A DNA stretch of 64,000 nt from Utricularia gibba (Eukaryota; Plantae; Magnoliophyta): NCBI GenBank assembly GCA_002189035.1, contig NEEC01000010.1, positions 1,984,001-2,048,000 of the forward strand. The letters are read 5' to 3'. Every line of letters begins with the position of its first letter. The first letter of the stretch is position 1. The position numbers were made by a program, and so were the translations under genes. Of this stretch, positions 12,704 through 26,542 are shown piece after piece. The notes under the pieces are model-generated. The model did no database searches and had not been told where the DNA came from. It saw only the letters and a list, made by a program, of their open reading frames with translations.

Positions 12704-14224
12704 ATGTCGCACTTCGGGAGATCTGGGCCGCCGGACATCAGAGATACATACTCTCTTTTAGTCCTCAACATTACTTTCCGTAATCATTCGTTTGATACGC
12801 TATTGTTTCGTTGTAATTGACAATGAATGATTTTAGTGCGTTTTTTAAATTTTTGTGTTTCTTTGTACGAATTTTGTTTTCAGGCACGACTGCGGATGAC
12901 CTCTTCCCGCTGTTTGATAAGTACGGGAAGGTAGTTGATGTGTTTATTCCCAGGGATAGGAGGTATACATTTTTATCGTTTGGTGGATTAAGTTATTCTT
13001 AGGTTTTGGATTTATTGATGGAGTGAGAGTGGTGTTGTCCTAGGACTGGAGACTCACGGGGTTTTGCATTTGTGCGTTACAAATATCAAGACGAGGCTCA
13101 AAAGGCTGTTGAAAAACTGGATGGTGGGATGAGTTGATCTTCACTGATTAGAAAATTTAAGGTTTTCATTTTATTTTACGCTGTGTATGCCAACGCAGGA
13201 AGAGTTGTCGATGGGAGAGAGATAATGGTTCAGTTTGCCAAGTACGGGCCCAATGCAGAACGCATGTACGTTTTTTAGTGTTTGCAACATCTAAGTCGAT
13301 ATTTGTGCGCAACCTCTGCCGTGCGGCCAGGTTGCACTTGTTGTTACTTTTCACCCTGTAGAAATTGGTCTAACAGCAAGCCCGTTGGGGTTTTCGTCAG
13401 ACACAAAGGGAGAATTGAGGAGCCTGTTTACAAACCCAGTAGAAGATCAAGGAGCCGTAGTCCTCGTCCTAGGTATTGTTAGGACAACTGATGATTAAGT
13501 GTCATTGAAATATGTATGCAAAGTCGTACTTAATCCATTGTCTTTATTAGTTTAATATATTCATAAAATTTTGATTCACCTAAAACAGAATTTAGCATTC
13601 CTCTCCTTGTTTTGTGCTTCAGTGGAACATTTGAATTTATTTTCAATTTTACAGGCGTGACCGTGACAGGGATTATGAAAGAGATCATAGGAGGCGAAGT
13701 CGCAGCAGAAGCAGAGGCAGGAGTGATCGCGAACGCCATCGTGGAAGGGAGAGGGAACTCCGTAATTCAAGCAGGAGTAGATCTCGAAGCCGAAGTCAAA
13801 GTGGTAGCCCTGGATATCGTAGAGATCATGGACGTGACAAGTATGATGATGACCACCGCAAGCGCAGCCGATCCTATGGAAGGTAGTTAAGAAAAGATAA
13901 AACATTTTTTTCTGTTTTATCATTGAGTGACGATGCATCTCATTCCCATGATGCTGCTTCCCCTGTTGGAAGAACTCCTAGTCCTCAGAGGAGTTCATCA
14001 CCAAAGAAGGAGACTCCTTCCAGGGGCGAAAGCCCTGTTGCTCGAAATCATAGAGAACGCTCGATCACTCCCAAGAGTGTCTCTCCTGCTCCCCGTGATT
14101 ATTCTCAAAGTCCAGCACCTCATTACGATGCTGATGTGAGTCTACTGTCCCATTTTTACATCACTGAAACATATCTCCCCGGGTAGATTTGATGGATTGA
14201 TTTTCTTTTAACATCCAGGAGTAG
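12704..14224 (+). CDS. SC35: Serine/arginine-rich splicing factor SC35, multi-exon
   Basis: MSHFGRSGPPDIRDTYSLLVLNITFR|TTADDLFPLFDKYGKVVDVFIPRDRR|TGDSRGFAFVRY (RRM), followed by an RS domain; ends HYDAD|E* (TAG 14222-14224). Confidence 0.93.
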
Positions 14225-14565
14225 AGTCAAGGGAGATGACAAATGGTAACAAGGAACCTGCATCTGGCAGCGATTATCTCTGTAGGCGTTTTCATCATCC
14301 ATGTTGTGGTTGACCTTTTCTACTTTTCTGGAATGTTCGGAGGTTTATGAAGTTGCTTTTCTGTGCGGATTTTCTTGCTTCTAGGTTCTCCTGTGTGCTT
14401 TACTGTCATATGTTGATGTTGAATACTTTCTTAGTTGTGTGTGCCTTGCAACCAATCATTATGCCATTTACTCATCATGACTCTTTACTGGCCTATAGTG
14501 TGTGGTACTTGAGGAGTAGTAGTTGCTGCTTGACAAGACGGAAGCAGTTACAGTTGCTGTTTTTA

Positions 14566-14601
14566 GATGATGCAGTAGCGGTTGATGATGCAGTAGCTGT
14601 T
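14566..14601. repeat. 18-bp tandem duplication
   Basis: gatgatgcagtagcggtt followed by gatgatgcagtagctgtt. Confidence 0.8.
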
Positions 14602-15822
14602 AGTGCCGCTGCTCGTTAATGTTTTGCTTGCTGTTGAAGATATTCGGCTTTATGGTTTTGGCCGCCCATTGGTAGGACATAAATCACGCCATCTTGAAAC
14701 TTCATAAAATCAATCATAATGCTTTATTATACTTTGGGAATCAAAGATTGAAGTTTTCTGAGTCATTATTGTTGAGGTCGATGGGGTCGAAACTAAAGTT
14801 CTGTTGGTGCTGATGGTGAGTAAATAATGCTTTGCTGATTGTTAACTGCATCAGTTAAACAACCACCACACCACCAAGGTTCTGCTGTGGTAAGAAACAA
14901 ATTCCTTTTGTTTGCCTTGGTAAATCTGCTTAGGGATTTTGTCTTATATTCCAGAGAATCGAATTGTGAGACTGATGCTGTCTGTAGCTGAGCTGAGAAT
15001 AGTGTTAGATGGATGTTGCTGAACCGCTTTGCTGTCAACTATAGAAACAAACTGATGATGCTCTGCCATTCTGTCTGTGGCTCATCCCTGGGACTGGTTC
15101 TGCAGCTGTTTCAGTCTTCATTGCTGCTGGTCATCCATCACTCTTTTCCTTGGTTGGTCGGGTAGGCCAGAGCAGTTTTTGGAGATATTTTCTTAATACA
15201 AGTCGAATGAAGCCATTCATTCGTTTCAAGTGTCGCTAGCAGCTAGAGTTGTTTCTATTGGTCTATTTTGGAGAGAAACAAGCAAGTGGCTTGATAAGGC
15301 CGGAGCAGAGAAATGCACGGGTCCTCAAGGCTCCTCCCCTCGGTTGTTTATGGCGGAAATTACCGGCCGTCAGGCCCCAAGTGTACAAAAATACAGGCCC
15401 ATCAGAAGCCCCAGAGAAACCAGGGGAGAACACTAAATCGCAACCAGGGCCCAAACTACAGCCCCTCATAGACAATGATCCAGCCAGCTTATCTAAACTG
15501 CGAAGCTCACAGATTCCAATCCCGGTATGCCATCCACCTCTCTCAGAAAAACAAAATCTGAATAAATTATGTACAAATGCAGCATCCAGTTGGTTGTTCC
15601 CGTGGAGGTTAGACACGTTCAGTAGTTTGCGTCCTCTCGGGAGAAGCACAATTTCAGACGCTGAACGTGTTCACGCACGAAGTCTGCCACGCCTACGCTC
15701 ATTCTCTTTGTGCTGCACTTGTTTAACTTGATATCGGAGTTTCCGGCTTCAGGCTTGTGGTATTAGCTTTTGGTGTATTAGTATAGGTTGTTTGTTGCCC
15801 ATCTTCCATTGACCCATCTGCC

Positions 15823-17445
15823 ATGGCTACCTGCGGCGGCATCTCCTCTGCGGCAGCCTCGCTTCTACACCGCCCGCTCTGCTTCGCTGACAATTGGCGC
15901 CTTGTTCAGGAATCGCGGTGGCTTCCGGCCACCATCAGACGCCGTGTTTTCATGGGAAGGACCAGGGTTTCAGCTTCTGCCGCCGTCACCTTGGAGCCCG
16001 TAATTTCCCTTATGAAATTGAGTCCACCTCCAGCTTTGTTTATGCTGGCTTTTTTTTTTTCTGGTTACGTAAAATTAGGCTAACTTTATTAATTAAAGAT
16101 GGTGTTTTTCTTTTTTTTGTTTTGAAATCTCTGGAGGTTTTGGTGGACGAAGCAAAATCGAAAGTACGGAGAAGTATTTTAGCTTGCCCTATTTGCTTTG
16201 AGCCTGTTATATGGAAGGGTGATTCCAGCTTGTCCTTGTAAGTGTTGAAAAAACGGTAGCTTTGCACTTCTCTGGGCACGGAGGCAAATCTTTCATTTAC
16301 CAGGCAACGGTTTGCAGGGACTCTGCAGCACAATCAACTTTACAATGCGAAGTTTGCAAGAAATCGTACTCCGGTCGGAGTTCGCATCTGGACATGACTA
16401 TAACCAGTGGGAAGGTTTATGGTGAAGCTTTTCCTGCATCTACTCAGGTTTTCAGGTTGCCGTTGGTGTCATTTCTCTATGAAAGAGGCTGGAGGCAGAG
16501 CTTTTCTGTACTGGGTGGTTTTCCTGGACCTGAGAAGGAGGTAAATGATGATTTTCATGTTGCTGATCGGAGTTTGCCACTCCTTGCAGATGTTTACTTG
16601 GATACCTTGCAGCAATGAATATTTAACTAGAACACATTATTCTTGATAATCTGCAGTTCGAGTTGATCAAGGACTTTCTCAAGCCGGTGTCCGGTGGAAA
16701 TATCATCGATGCAAGCTGTGGAAGCGGCCTGTTCTCTCGCCTTTTTGCAAAGAGCGGGCTGTTCTCCTTGGTGATTGCTTTAGACTTCTCTGAAGCGATG
16801 CTGCAACAATGCTATGACTTCGTTAAGCAGGAGGAAAGCTTCCCTGAGGAGTATGAATCCTTTTTGGTGGAATAGTTTCCTCTTTTCCCCTACCCCCGGT
16901 GAGTGGATTCTTACACTCTTTTCTGATGGTGCAGGAACATCCTCCTCGTTCGAGCCGATATCTCGAGGCTTCCCTTCGCTTCGTGCACCATCGATGCTGT
17001 CCATGCCGGTGCTGCTCTCCATTGCTGGCCTTCACCATCCGCAGCCGTGAGTGAAATCTGCACTGGTTTCTGAGTAAAAACACCATGAATGGACATTGAT
17101 TCTCTCGCAGGTTGCGGAGATCAGCCGTGTGCTTAAGCCCGGAGGCACCTTCGTCGCGTCGACGTTCGTTCTCGACGGACCCTTCTCCTATCTTCCCCTG
17201 CGCTCATCTCTGCAACAGGTGACCCTCCGCTCTAGCCAATACACGAACTCTCATCTTAGCGAAGGAACAGGGAAAACATGACGAAATTGCTTTGCTTTTC
17301 ACAGAACATGGCTCGGTTCTCTGGGTATCAGTTGTTCCTGTCGGATACAGAACTGGAAGATCTGTGTACATCCTGCGGGCTCATCAACTTCAGATGCTCT
17401 AGAAATGGGAGGTTTGTAATGATCGCCGCCATGAAACCTCTGTAA
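15823..17445 (+). CDS. Chloroplast SAM-dependent methyltransferase (At1g78140/At2g41040-like), multi-exon
   Basis: Transit peptide; LACPIC...CEVC zinc site; SFLYERGWRQSF; IIDASCGSG motif I; DAVHAGAALHCWPSP; EISRVLKPGG; stop 17443-17445. Confidence 0.88.
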
Positions 17446-17629
17446 ACCGTCTCACTGAGATGATATTATATAAATACAGAAACGTTTGTACAAATGGGAA
17501 ACAGTGATACATGTTTGATGTTACAGCAATGGGAGGAAGAGAAGATCAAAGACTTTTTTGTTGGTTCTGATATCAAAACACAGAACCCAGATGCGATCAC
17601 AAAAAGACAACCAAAAGTGTCATCGGTGA

Positions 17630-18196
17630 TCAAAGGCCGTTGGAAGGATTGAAATTGAAATCGTTACTGTAATTGTAGCCCCCGGGGAAGAAGAGGTTCT
17701 GGGCACCGGCGTTTCCGAAGCTCAGCGCCGGAAGCTGTAAATTGGGGAGGGAAGCTTGGGGATCGGTTACGGATGCTTCGAACATCGTACGGTGTCCGAT
17801 GGCTGCACTTGGGACGACGGAGTCGATGAGGACTGGCGGCTGTGAGGATGGAAACGGACTGTTGTTGGGCCGCAAACCAGCGGCGGCGATTTGGTTCAGG
17901 CGATGGGAAAACGGCAAACCGGAAAATGGGGCGGCTGGAATCCCAGTAAACTCCTGCACTAACTGTCTGAAATTTCGAACGTCGGTGGTGAGCACCGTCG
18001 TGGGCGCCCGCCGTGAAGTGCGTGTCCGCTTCCTCGTAGACGACGGTCGTAGTGAGCTTTTCCCAACGCGGCGATGTTGAAGATTTGAAGACGGGGTGTG
18101 AGTGGAGAAGGAAGAAGCCCCATTAGAATAGCTCATCATCTCCTCTTCTTCTTCTCCGTTGGACGACTGCACGCTTGCAGTGAGTGCAGAATCCAT
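17630..18196 (-). CDS. VQ motif-containing protein, intronless
   Basis: RKRTRTSRRAPTTVLTTDVRNFRQLVQEFTG (FxxxVQxLTG-type motif). Confidence 0.9.
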   Translation of the reverse strand: MDSALTASVQSSNGEEEEEMMSYSNGASSFSTHTPSSNLQHRRVGKSSLRPSSTRKRTRTSRRAPTTVLTTDVRNFRQLVQEFTGIPAAPFSGLPFSHRLNQIAAAGLRPNNSPFPSSQPPVLIDSVVPSAAIGHRTMFEASVTDPQASLPNLQLPALSFGNAGAQNLFFPGGYNYSNDFNFNPSNGL

Positions 18197-19186
18197 GAAA
18201 GGAAGGATCTGGTTTCGTAGCTGAGAGAGAAGAATGTATAAATGTAGGAAACAATAAAACACGTGCAAGTAAACGGAATATGACAGATGAATGGAGATAG
18301 GGGCAGGGCGTGGCGGTGGTGGTAGGGCCGCCGCCGAGGAACCGGCCGGTAAGTGGTGCCGGGTCAAAGTGGAACTCCAGTGAATGCGGTGGAAAAAAGA
18401 GTCAATGCTTTATACTTTTTATAAACCCATTTCACTCCCTCGAAAGTTCGAAATTGCGTTCTAGAGAACTCAACTTTACAATTATTACATTTTGGTTAAT
18501 TGCGTATATGGTATTTCAAATTATGAGAAGTAGAAGAAGCATCACGTCCAAGGAATCCCAACCGTTCACACTGTTTTTCTACCAAGGAATATTCATGTCT
18601 ATTTTTTTATTTCACAAATTACAAACATGAATCTATGAAAAAATAATTTCCAACTATTATTTTCTTTGAATAGAAAAGTATTGTTATTAACCTCAAGTCC
18701 AACTATCAAAGAATAGTATTATTTATCAATAATAAATGCATCATATTATTTTTAAATAAAATATTTCATGGATGACACATGAACCAAGGTGAATTAGAAA
18801 TAATAATACGAGAGTACCTAAGAAAGTATTAGATAATATGAAAAAAAAATGGTATAAATTCATAGCTTTCGAAATATAAGTCATGGCTGTTACGAGGTTT
18901 TATGGGCCGTGGGCCTAAATCTGGCGTGCAGATGGGCTACCGGCCCATGATCCTACATATGGTAAGCAAATGGGCTCTTTGTGCCTCTGGGCTGTGGAGA
19001 TATTTTTTCAATAAATAAATTATTTTATTGAAAACCATTAACGTCGTATGTGAAAATGATTTATCTTTTTTTGTAAATAAATTTTCTTTATAGAATAGTA
19101 TACTGATATTTGCTTAACTAATTGACATGAAATTAATTATACAAATAAATGATCATTTCCAATAAATATTATTAAAAGATAATATT

Positions 19187-20100
19187 TTAGTCCGGCAAAA
19201 AAGTGAGCTTCTCAAGAACAGCAACTTGATGGTTCATCTGATCATCATCTCCTGCAGCTTGTGATTCTGTGTATGATTTCTGTGATTCCCCCATGGCATC
19301 TGGGGATGATCTTGGGAAGGTCTGCACATTCATCACCACAACTCTCTGCTTCCTTTGGTCGCCACCATCTTCTTCTTCACTTCTTCTTCTTGGCAGCTTT
19401 TCGCCGGAGCCGAACGGCAACGCATCAGAATGAGAGCGTTCTGCGGCGGAGAAACCGTCTTGGATTCCTCCTCCTCATCTTCATCATGATCGTCGATAGA
19501 TTTTTCTTGTGATTCGTCTTTGGTTTCGGTCAGAATCATGTACAAGTTGTAGAGTACGTCCCTTGATTGATGATGATGATCGCTCTCCGATGGGGGATTT
19601 CCAATCGACTGTAAGAAGGAAGAAAAGGACGTGAGATCGTGGCACATTGGTTTTCGTAAAATTACTACATACCGCGTCTTCAACGTCATCGTTATCGGAA
19701 ATGACGTCAGTCGCCGGAAAATTCCCGAAGCATCGGAGCTCGAGCAAGCCACTGGCGAACCTACGAGCCCCGCTCCATGACGATCTCTTTTTCCAGTTCT
19801 CTGACGACCCCTTCGGCGACGGGACTTTTACTTGTCCGGCACAGGTGACCGTCGGCGACGACGGCTCGGATGTATCCAAGCCATCGTCTTTAGCCAACAA
19901 ACAGGGGCTACCATGGCTAATACTGGAGCTCCTTAAGCCGTGAAGCTGGCGGGAGCGTCCCCGGCGGTGGCGCCCCCCGGCGCCGGCCTCACGGGGCTAC
20001 AAATAGGCTTGGGGATCAATCTCCATTGAGGCCTGGTCGGAAAACGCACCAAAGAATCCCGCGGCGGTGGCAGAGACCCCAGCCGATCTCGGCCTTCCAT
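19187..20100 (-). CDS. Conserved plant protein of unknown function (At1g78110-like); one 64-nt intron and two apparent -1 frameshifts
   Basis: Family motifs are spread over three frames: FPTRPQWRLIPKPICSP, EPSSPTVTCAGQVKV, LRCFGNF, PPQNALILMRCRSAPAKS. Adding one base at 19973-19978 (C6) and one at 19394 restores the frame. Confidence 0.75.
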
Positions 20101-21298
20101 CATGGAGAAGAAATCACACTGTCGGGGGCAACCCAGATGGAAAACTAGAAATGGCCAAGTCTCGCTTCAGTAGCCTCTCTTATTCCTGTCCTGATCCCAA
20201 TTTACATCAGTTTATAAAATTGTTATGGAACGACGTTGAACTCATTCCAGCCGCGAACTCGTAACATGGGTTAAAATAAACAAAATCCTGATTAAAATAT
20301 TAAATTGTTCGTACGAAAATTAGTTCATAGTGTTTTTTGTATCATTGGCATTGGTTTAGTTGGCAACTTTATGATGCTTTTGGCTGCTTGTAAGTTGATA
20401 GTGGAGTTACACACAAGATAGGGTATTAAAGAATGAATGAAAATTGGAAGAGATGAGTTGTTTGTGCTGATTAAATGGTACGTGGTTAGGTTGGGCAATT
20501 AAATTTGTTGGGTTGTAGCCACCTGGGCTGATTGGGGAAGCTACCAGCTGGCTGCCTTACTCAACTAGGCTGGGCTCTGTCTCTGTCTCCGTCTCCGAGC
20601 ACTGATACTGGATTATCCCATCGCCTGAACTCCACCGCTCTCCTCCTCACCCATCACCATGCTGAAAGCCTACTGTATCCACAAGTGTGGTCTAGTGCAT
20701 GTGATGCCATTGTAGCCATGGAAAGCCTACTCCTTTCTTCTCAGATTCATGACAACTGGGTTTCATCATGCTTTCTCAACTTTGTTCGCGTATTTAGACC
20801 ATGTTATTCCAAGAAAGTTGCATCTTGAGCTTAGTGCAGGCCAATGACAAAATGAATATAGGCAGAGCAAACAAACAAGGCAGATGGGCGAATGAAGGGT
20901 AACCTGTCTCTATCTCTCTCTGTTCTTTAGGCCAACCCTGTCCGGGTGCTTTTTAAACTATCCAAAATACACTACGCCCTTCGTACCATCCTACTATGCG
21001 CTCTGTACATGCACATGCACCATCCATCCACCTGGAAATAGACAAAAGATGGGGAATTTTATCACCCTTCTCGTTAGGAATTCACAACAAACAGAGAATG
21101 TTTTAAACACATGTATGCATCTTCACATCAGAACACCCTTTTATTTTCAAAAACAAGCATTTACACCGCCAAAATTTTGAAGTCCACGCCAAAAGCTCGG
21201 CAACAAAAAGGAAAAGGAAACAAAAGAGACATGGACAAGGCAGCTGTTAACTGAACTTTGGTAGTCCCAAGAAACGGAGGCCTCATGGATGCTGCAGT

Positions 21299-24200
21299 CT
21301 AAAATAAGCAATCCAAGTAGTGGTTGTATCGTTTACGTTTGAACTCCATCAAGCTGCCATACATTCTGTCAGAAACTCCCACGAACAGTGCTTCAGTATC
21401 GGGACTGAAAGAGAGTCCAGCAATCTCTCCAAAAAGATCGATTTCCTGTCCCTTGGCATATCCAGAGTGCGTGTCGAAAACGTGGACGAAGTCAGCTGGC
21501 TCAGCCATGGCCAGGAACTGACCATCTGACGAGAATCTAATTGTCCTGATTGCTCCCATCCTTCCCTTGAGTATCACTAATGACTGTGATAGGTTCCTTA
21601 TGTCCCACAATCTGCATGTTTTGTCCTGGTTGCCAGTTGCGAGGATATGTCCATCCGGGTGCCATGCTGATGCAAAGGAGTAATCTAGATGCCCACTCAG
21701 AGTACTAAGGACCTGGACATATGAAATTTTCATGTTCATGAAATGTAGGAAGGGCACCACCCAACAAAAAAAGGGTAATCCAGGACAGGATTCCATACCT
21801 TCCCTGATTGTGTATCAGCAAGCAAGCAATCCCGACTGTCACCAAGGATAGCAAGCATCTTGCCATTGGGGCTAACAGATGTGTTCTGCAACAATTTGGT
21901 GACCAGAAGTTAGGCAACCGGTTATTTTCTCGGGAACTGCTGGCGAGGTATTCATTCCCTTACATTCACAGACCAAGGGAATGTGAAACGATTCAGGCAA
22001 GTGAACTTTGCAGTATCCATGACCCTGACTTGAGCATCGTTGTTAGCAGACATGACTCTCATTCCACCGCTGCATATGAAAATTGAGAGCAACATGAGCG
22101 TATCTCGGAGGAGTTGGTGATGCGTACAGCAACATACTGGAATGCATATCAATGTTCGCTTTATACCTGGTATCATAATATATGTCCACCGCATTTGTGA
22201 TGGCATTTTCGTCATTAGACAATTTTGCACAGAAAGCAACTCCAGGTTGGTCGATATACTGCAATAGAAACCTGAACTTACTCAAAAGAGCAGTTGTAGA
22301 GGCAGCCAGGTCAGATACCAAAATCTTAGTTATGTTGGCACCTTACAGATAAACTCCCCTTGAAAGCCTCCAGCCACAAGAAGATTGTCTTTGACCGCCA
22401 TAGTACTTATCTGAACCCTTGACAGAGGTTGGGCTAAACATCCAGGGTACCTCTGGATGAACGACTCAATATCAAACACGGGAAAGGCTTTTACTCAAAC
22501 TGATGGGAACCAAGTCGACGTTCCAGGTTGTGTTCAACTCACCAGGGAGGGAGATATAGACTTGGCAACATTGAGAACTTCCGTACCCTTCTTTTGTAGG
22601 GAGGACCAGTGCATCACAGAATAGTTTTGCATCAGGTACACGTCATGTTTTGAGGTAGACCACACCAGATTTCTCAGCTGAAAAGGTAAAATCCAGTTAA
22701 AACAAATTCCACGAAGAAATGAAGTTTTCCAGGTTTTAGAGAAGAAAGGAGCACACACACACATGACCCAGCCTCAGTATACTAGTGCTAAACTACGGTT
22801 AAAAAAGGGAAAATAAAACATGAATGGATGTAAACCAGAAACAAAATGGCAAGTTTGAGCGAAATCAGTAGCAGATTAGATCAAATTTCAAGCCAATCAA
22901 ACGCATCACAGAACAAAACTGAAGGCGTCAACAGATACAGATTGGGTGATATTGCATTTGTGGTCCAACTCAGTCCTTGAAAGGCTAGTGACTAAAACAG
23001 AAGGGTAAGCAATCACATAGAACAGTGCACACAAGCATGTAAATCTAGTTATCAACTACCACAATAACTGGCTGCATAACTTAGTCCTGATCTAACCATA
23101 CTCAAAAGATCTGTATCTGCCAGCCGCTCAGACAAAAACTGCACTCCAGCTAATGTGTCTGAAATAACAAGTCAAACATAAATTTGGGGGTGGGGGTGGA
23201 GGGTCTGAAGTCCTTCAAATTTGTGTATATTACCTGCAACCTAATCAGAACTAGGCCTAACATAGTGAATAAAAAACTAAATAATGAATTCTAAATAGCC
23301 AAGTGCTAAGCTAAAAAAATTGTCCAGGAATGCCAAGTTATTGGCTCACCGGAATCTGTTCCTTGACACAAAGCTAGGAAAACCAAGGGGTGATAGCAAG
23401 GTAAAAATTTCAAGATTGCACCTCCCAAAAAGGTAAGGTGAATAATTTATCAAGCGACTCTTCGCATTTTTTAATCTGCACAAAAAGGATTAGGTAAATT
23501 ACAGGCCCAGTCCATGTCACTTGAACTGGGGAAAAGCGTCTGAAACTAAGCTATTCTCATTATCAATCATCGCGGAAGAAACTCACCCAACATCACTTGG
23601 ACGGAGAAATAATCTAAAGAACCTTACCACATATCCAGAAAAACAAGCAACGATTCAAACAAGGTGGAAAAACATCAGAAAAAAAAGTAGGAAAATGTTC
23701 AACGCTGATATAATGAGAACTTGATGCAGCTTAAAAACTTTAAACCTTCTAACAAGCGCAACTGGTGCTTCCGTGAAATGAAATAGATGCATGGAAAGTG
23801 GCTAAAAGATTGTGTAGCAACTTGCAAAAATGGAAAATAAAACTTTTGGGCAAAAGGTGAGGACGAATGAGAAGTTGCACGGTAGAGTTGGGTGTTGTAT
23901 GATCAACAGTGTGTACCACACAACCATCAGATGCATTTTCTGCAATAGAAGGCCATAGAATTTCTGTTAATCTTTACCTGAAAATGCACTATGGTAGATT
24001 TGACCACTCTAGTGTTGAATTGAAAATCGTAAAACTGATGTCCCTTCTCCACTTGGTGGCATGTCTGCGCAAAAAATAGAACAGACACATTACTTCAAAA
24101 TTACACTTAGAAGCGAGCACCCATATTCGCACAGAAATCAGATTGCAGCACGAATCAACAAATATCCGCGGGAAATCATCACCTTATCAAGATCCTCAGG

Positions 24201-24553
24201 AGAGTTAGAGAGATTTTCGTAATTCTTGTACTGCTTCAAACGGGAATCACGATACTTTTCTCTGGTAAAACTTAGTCGCTCCCAAGGAATACCCTGTATG
24301 TCTTTCCCATTCCTGGCTTCGTAAGCTGAAGTATCGGTTCTGGAATTGCTCTGTAATTGAATTCAAGATTATGCGGAATAAACCAAAAAACCAAATTAGA
24401 AAAACTTACGATATCGAAATCATCTTCAAAGTCAGACTCAGCAGACTCGTCATCGACGGAAGCGCTTCCACTTATCAGTGCAACGTCATCGTGACCAAAA
24501 TCAGAGAAGTCATCATCGAAATACTCCAACTCGTGGTTCTGAAACTGCTCCAT
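21299..24553 (-). CDS. WD40-repeat protein (DUF2415/At1g78070-like), multi-exon
   Basis: MEQFQNHELEYFDDD; KTYRVFLGS-region exon; QLRNLVWSTSKHDVYLMQNYSVMHWS; GHLDYSFASAWHPDGHILATGNQDKTCRLWDIRN; QEIDLFGEIAGLSFSPDTEALFVG. Confidence 0.9.
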
Positions 24554-25659
24554 GACTCTGCAACTACACAATAAAGGAAACATCAAATAAAATAGTCAAA
24601 CTACAACAAATCGTGCAAAACACATTTGATTCAGAGCGATCTACACACTACAGTAAAAACTCACATAAGATCCTACAGAATATTCAATCGAATAAAGCAA
24701 GTACCACTTCTTCGCTTACAAACCTCAACACAGAGTATGGAAATGCAAAAACGATAAAAAGTGGCCGAATCAATTCCGACGACGTTACAAAAGCAACAAT
24801 AATAGCAGCAAAAAAAACAACGACCAAAGATTCCAACAGCATAACGCACGCCGCACGGCATCGGAATGAATATCCAAAGAAAACAACAGGTAAAACACAC
24901 AAAACAACCGAGTCAATGGAAAAAAACTAACGAACTCTACCTGAAGTTTCAAACAGGGCACAGACCAGTGAATTAACGATGTTTTGCGGAAATCAGGGGC
25001 TGAGAGATGATCGAAGATGAAGAGATGAAAAAACAGACAAAGGATGTCAAAGTCTCGAGAAGACTCCAGAAGGAGGAAGAAAACTGACACTCCTGAGCGC
25101 CGTCCCCAACCGGTGAGCAATCCTCTGCCGCCTTTCTCTATACTTATAGTGTCAGAAAGGTTGAAGAGACTGCCGTGCCCCACACTTGACGGAAGGAGCA
25201 CGCCGTTACATTAAATGTTTGTTTTTTTTATATTTGGTGTTTTTTTTTGCCTTGTATAATTGAAACAAAGTACGGAGTTTACTTTCATTAAACCCATTTG
25301 AATTCTTGAATATCTACCTAAATCGCATAAATTTGGAAAGAAAAACAAATCATAAGTTGACTCACGCTCTACTCTCAAACCATTGACTCTTTTTAAAAAG
25401 AAAAAAAATTAGTTGGTAACGGCTTTTAAATTTGTGTCAATTATGTCTAAAATTCTCGTGCATCACTTAAATACTAATTAATGTTTGTTCTTTGAGTAAA
25501 TGAAGCATTAAGGGAAGGATGGGCATGGGCTTTGGCGGTTGTGAGAGAATTAAAATAAGTTTATTTTAATAAGATTTAAATTAATCTATTGTGTTAGTAA
25601 GGCACAGTGCAGCGAGTTAAATTAGAAACAGCAGTCAAAACAAGGAAGAGCGAGGGAGT

Positions 25660-26017
25660 GTGGGCCCACTTTCCCAAAACCGAAGGCGGGACCCACAAAA
25701 TATGTAGAGTAGCCTTGGCGCCACAAGGTGCGATTCGGTAGGCTTTCACGAGACGGAACACGAGGTCGCAGATGGCTTACGTGGCGGGGAGGGGGCCCAC
25801 CTGGTGGACGCCGTCAACAGACTGGCGGCCGTTCATTTAACCGTGGTTGGGTTTTTGGAAATCAGGGTGGTTGGGTTAATGTGGGGCCCAGTTGTCGTTG
25901 TCGGTCACGTGTGGGGCCTTCCTTCTTTCTTTTTTTCAAGGGGTTGGTAGCTATTTTTTAATCGACGATGGAGGTGGAAGACTGAGATCGACGGTGGATC
26001 CTATTTGGGGTGGGCCC
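25660..26017. promoter_or_regulatory. Cluster of six class-I TCP-type sites (GGNCCCAC/GTGGGNCC) plus a G-box
   Basis: Sites at 25660, 25689, 25793, 25881, 25911 and 26010; CACGTG at about 25906. Confidence 0.6.
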
Positions 26018-26542
26018 CGTCTGCTTTTGGGAAATTCTCAATTTTTATTTTTGAAACGCATTAATTTAATTCCCGTTTTGCGCACAACTTTCCTTTATTT
26101 GTTTTATGTGCACCCGAAACAAAACAAATACAAACACATCCTCTAAAAAAAATAATTTTTCAGTACTACATTTCGCTCTTATTCGTTTTCACCCCCTTTC
26201 GTTCATTCTCGTAAATCAAGGTTCTCTGCTCTTGTTTCATGGCGATTCTACCACCTTCCCTAATTTTAATTACAAAAAAGTTCAAATTAAAATGATCCTC
26301 CTGGTCTAAAGAATGATAAAATCTTCCCAAAGAGAAAACCCCTGGCTCACTGCTGTTTTCCTGCGCTGATGCCGATCTGCTTTCTGCAACGCCTTATTCT
26401 CCTCCTCGGAGACGACGGCGGCGCTGCTGCATCATAACGGGCGTTGGGTATGTATGTTTCCGTTGGACAAAGCTACCATCATCATCATGCCTGCAAAAGC
26501 ACATTCAGATTGCACAATCAAAACCCTAGGTTGGATACCCAA

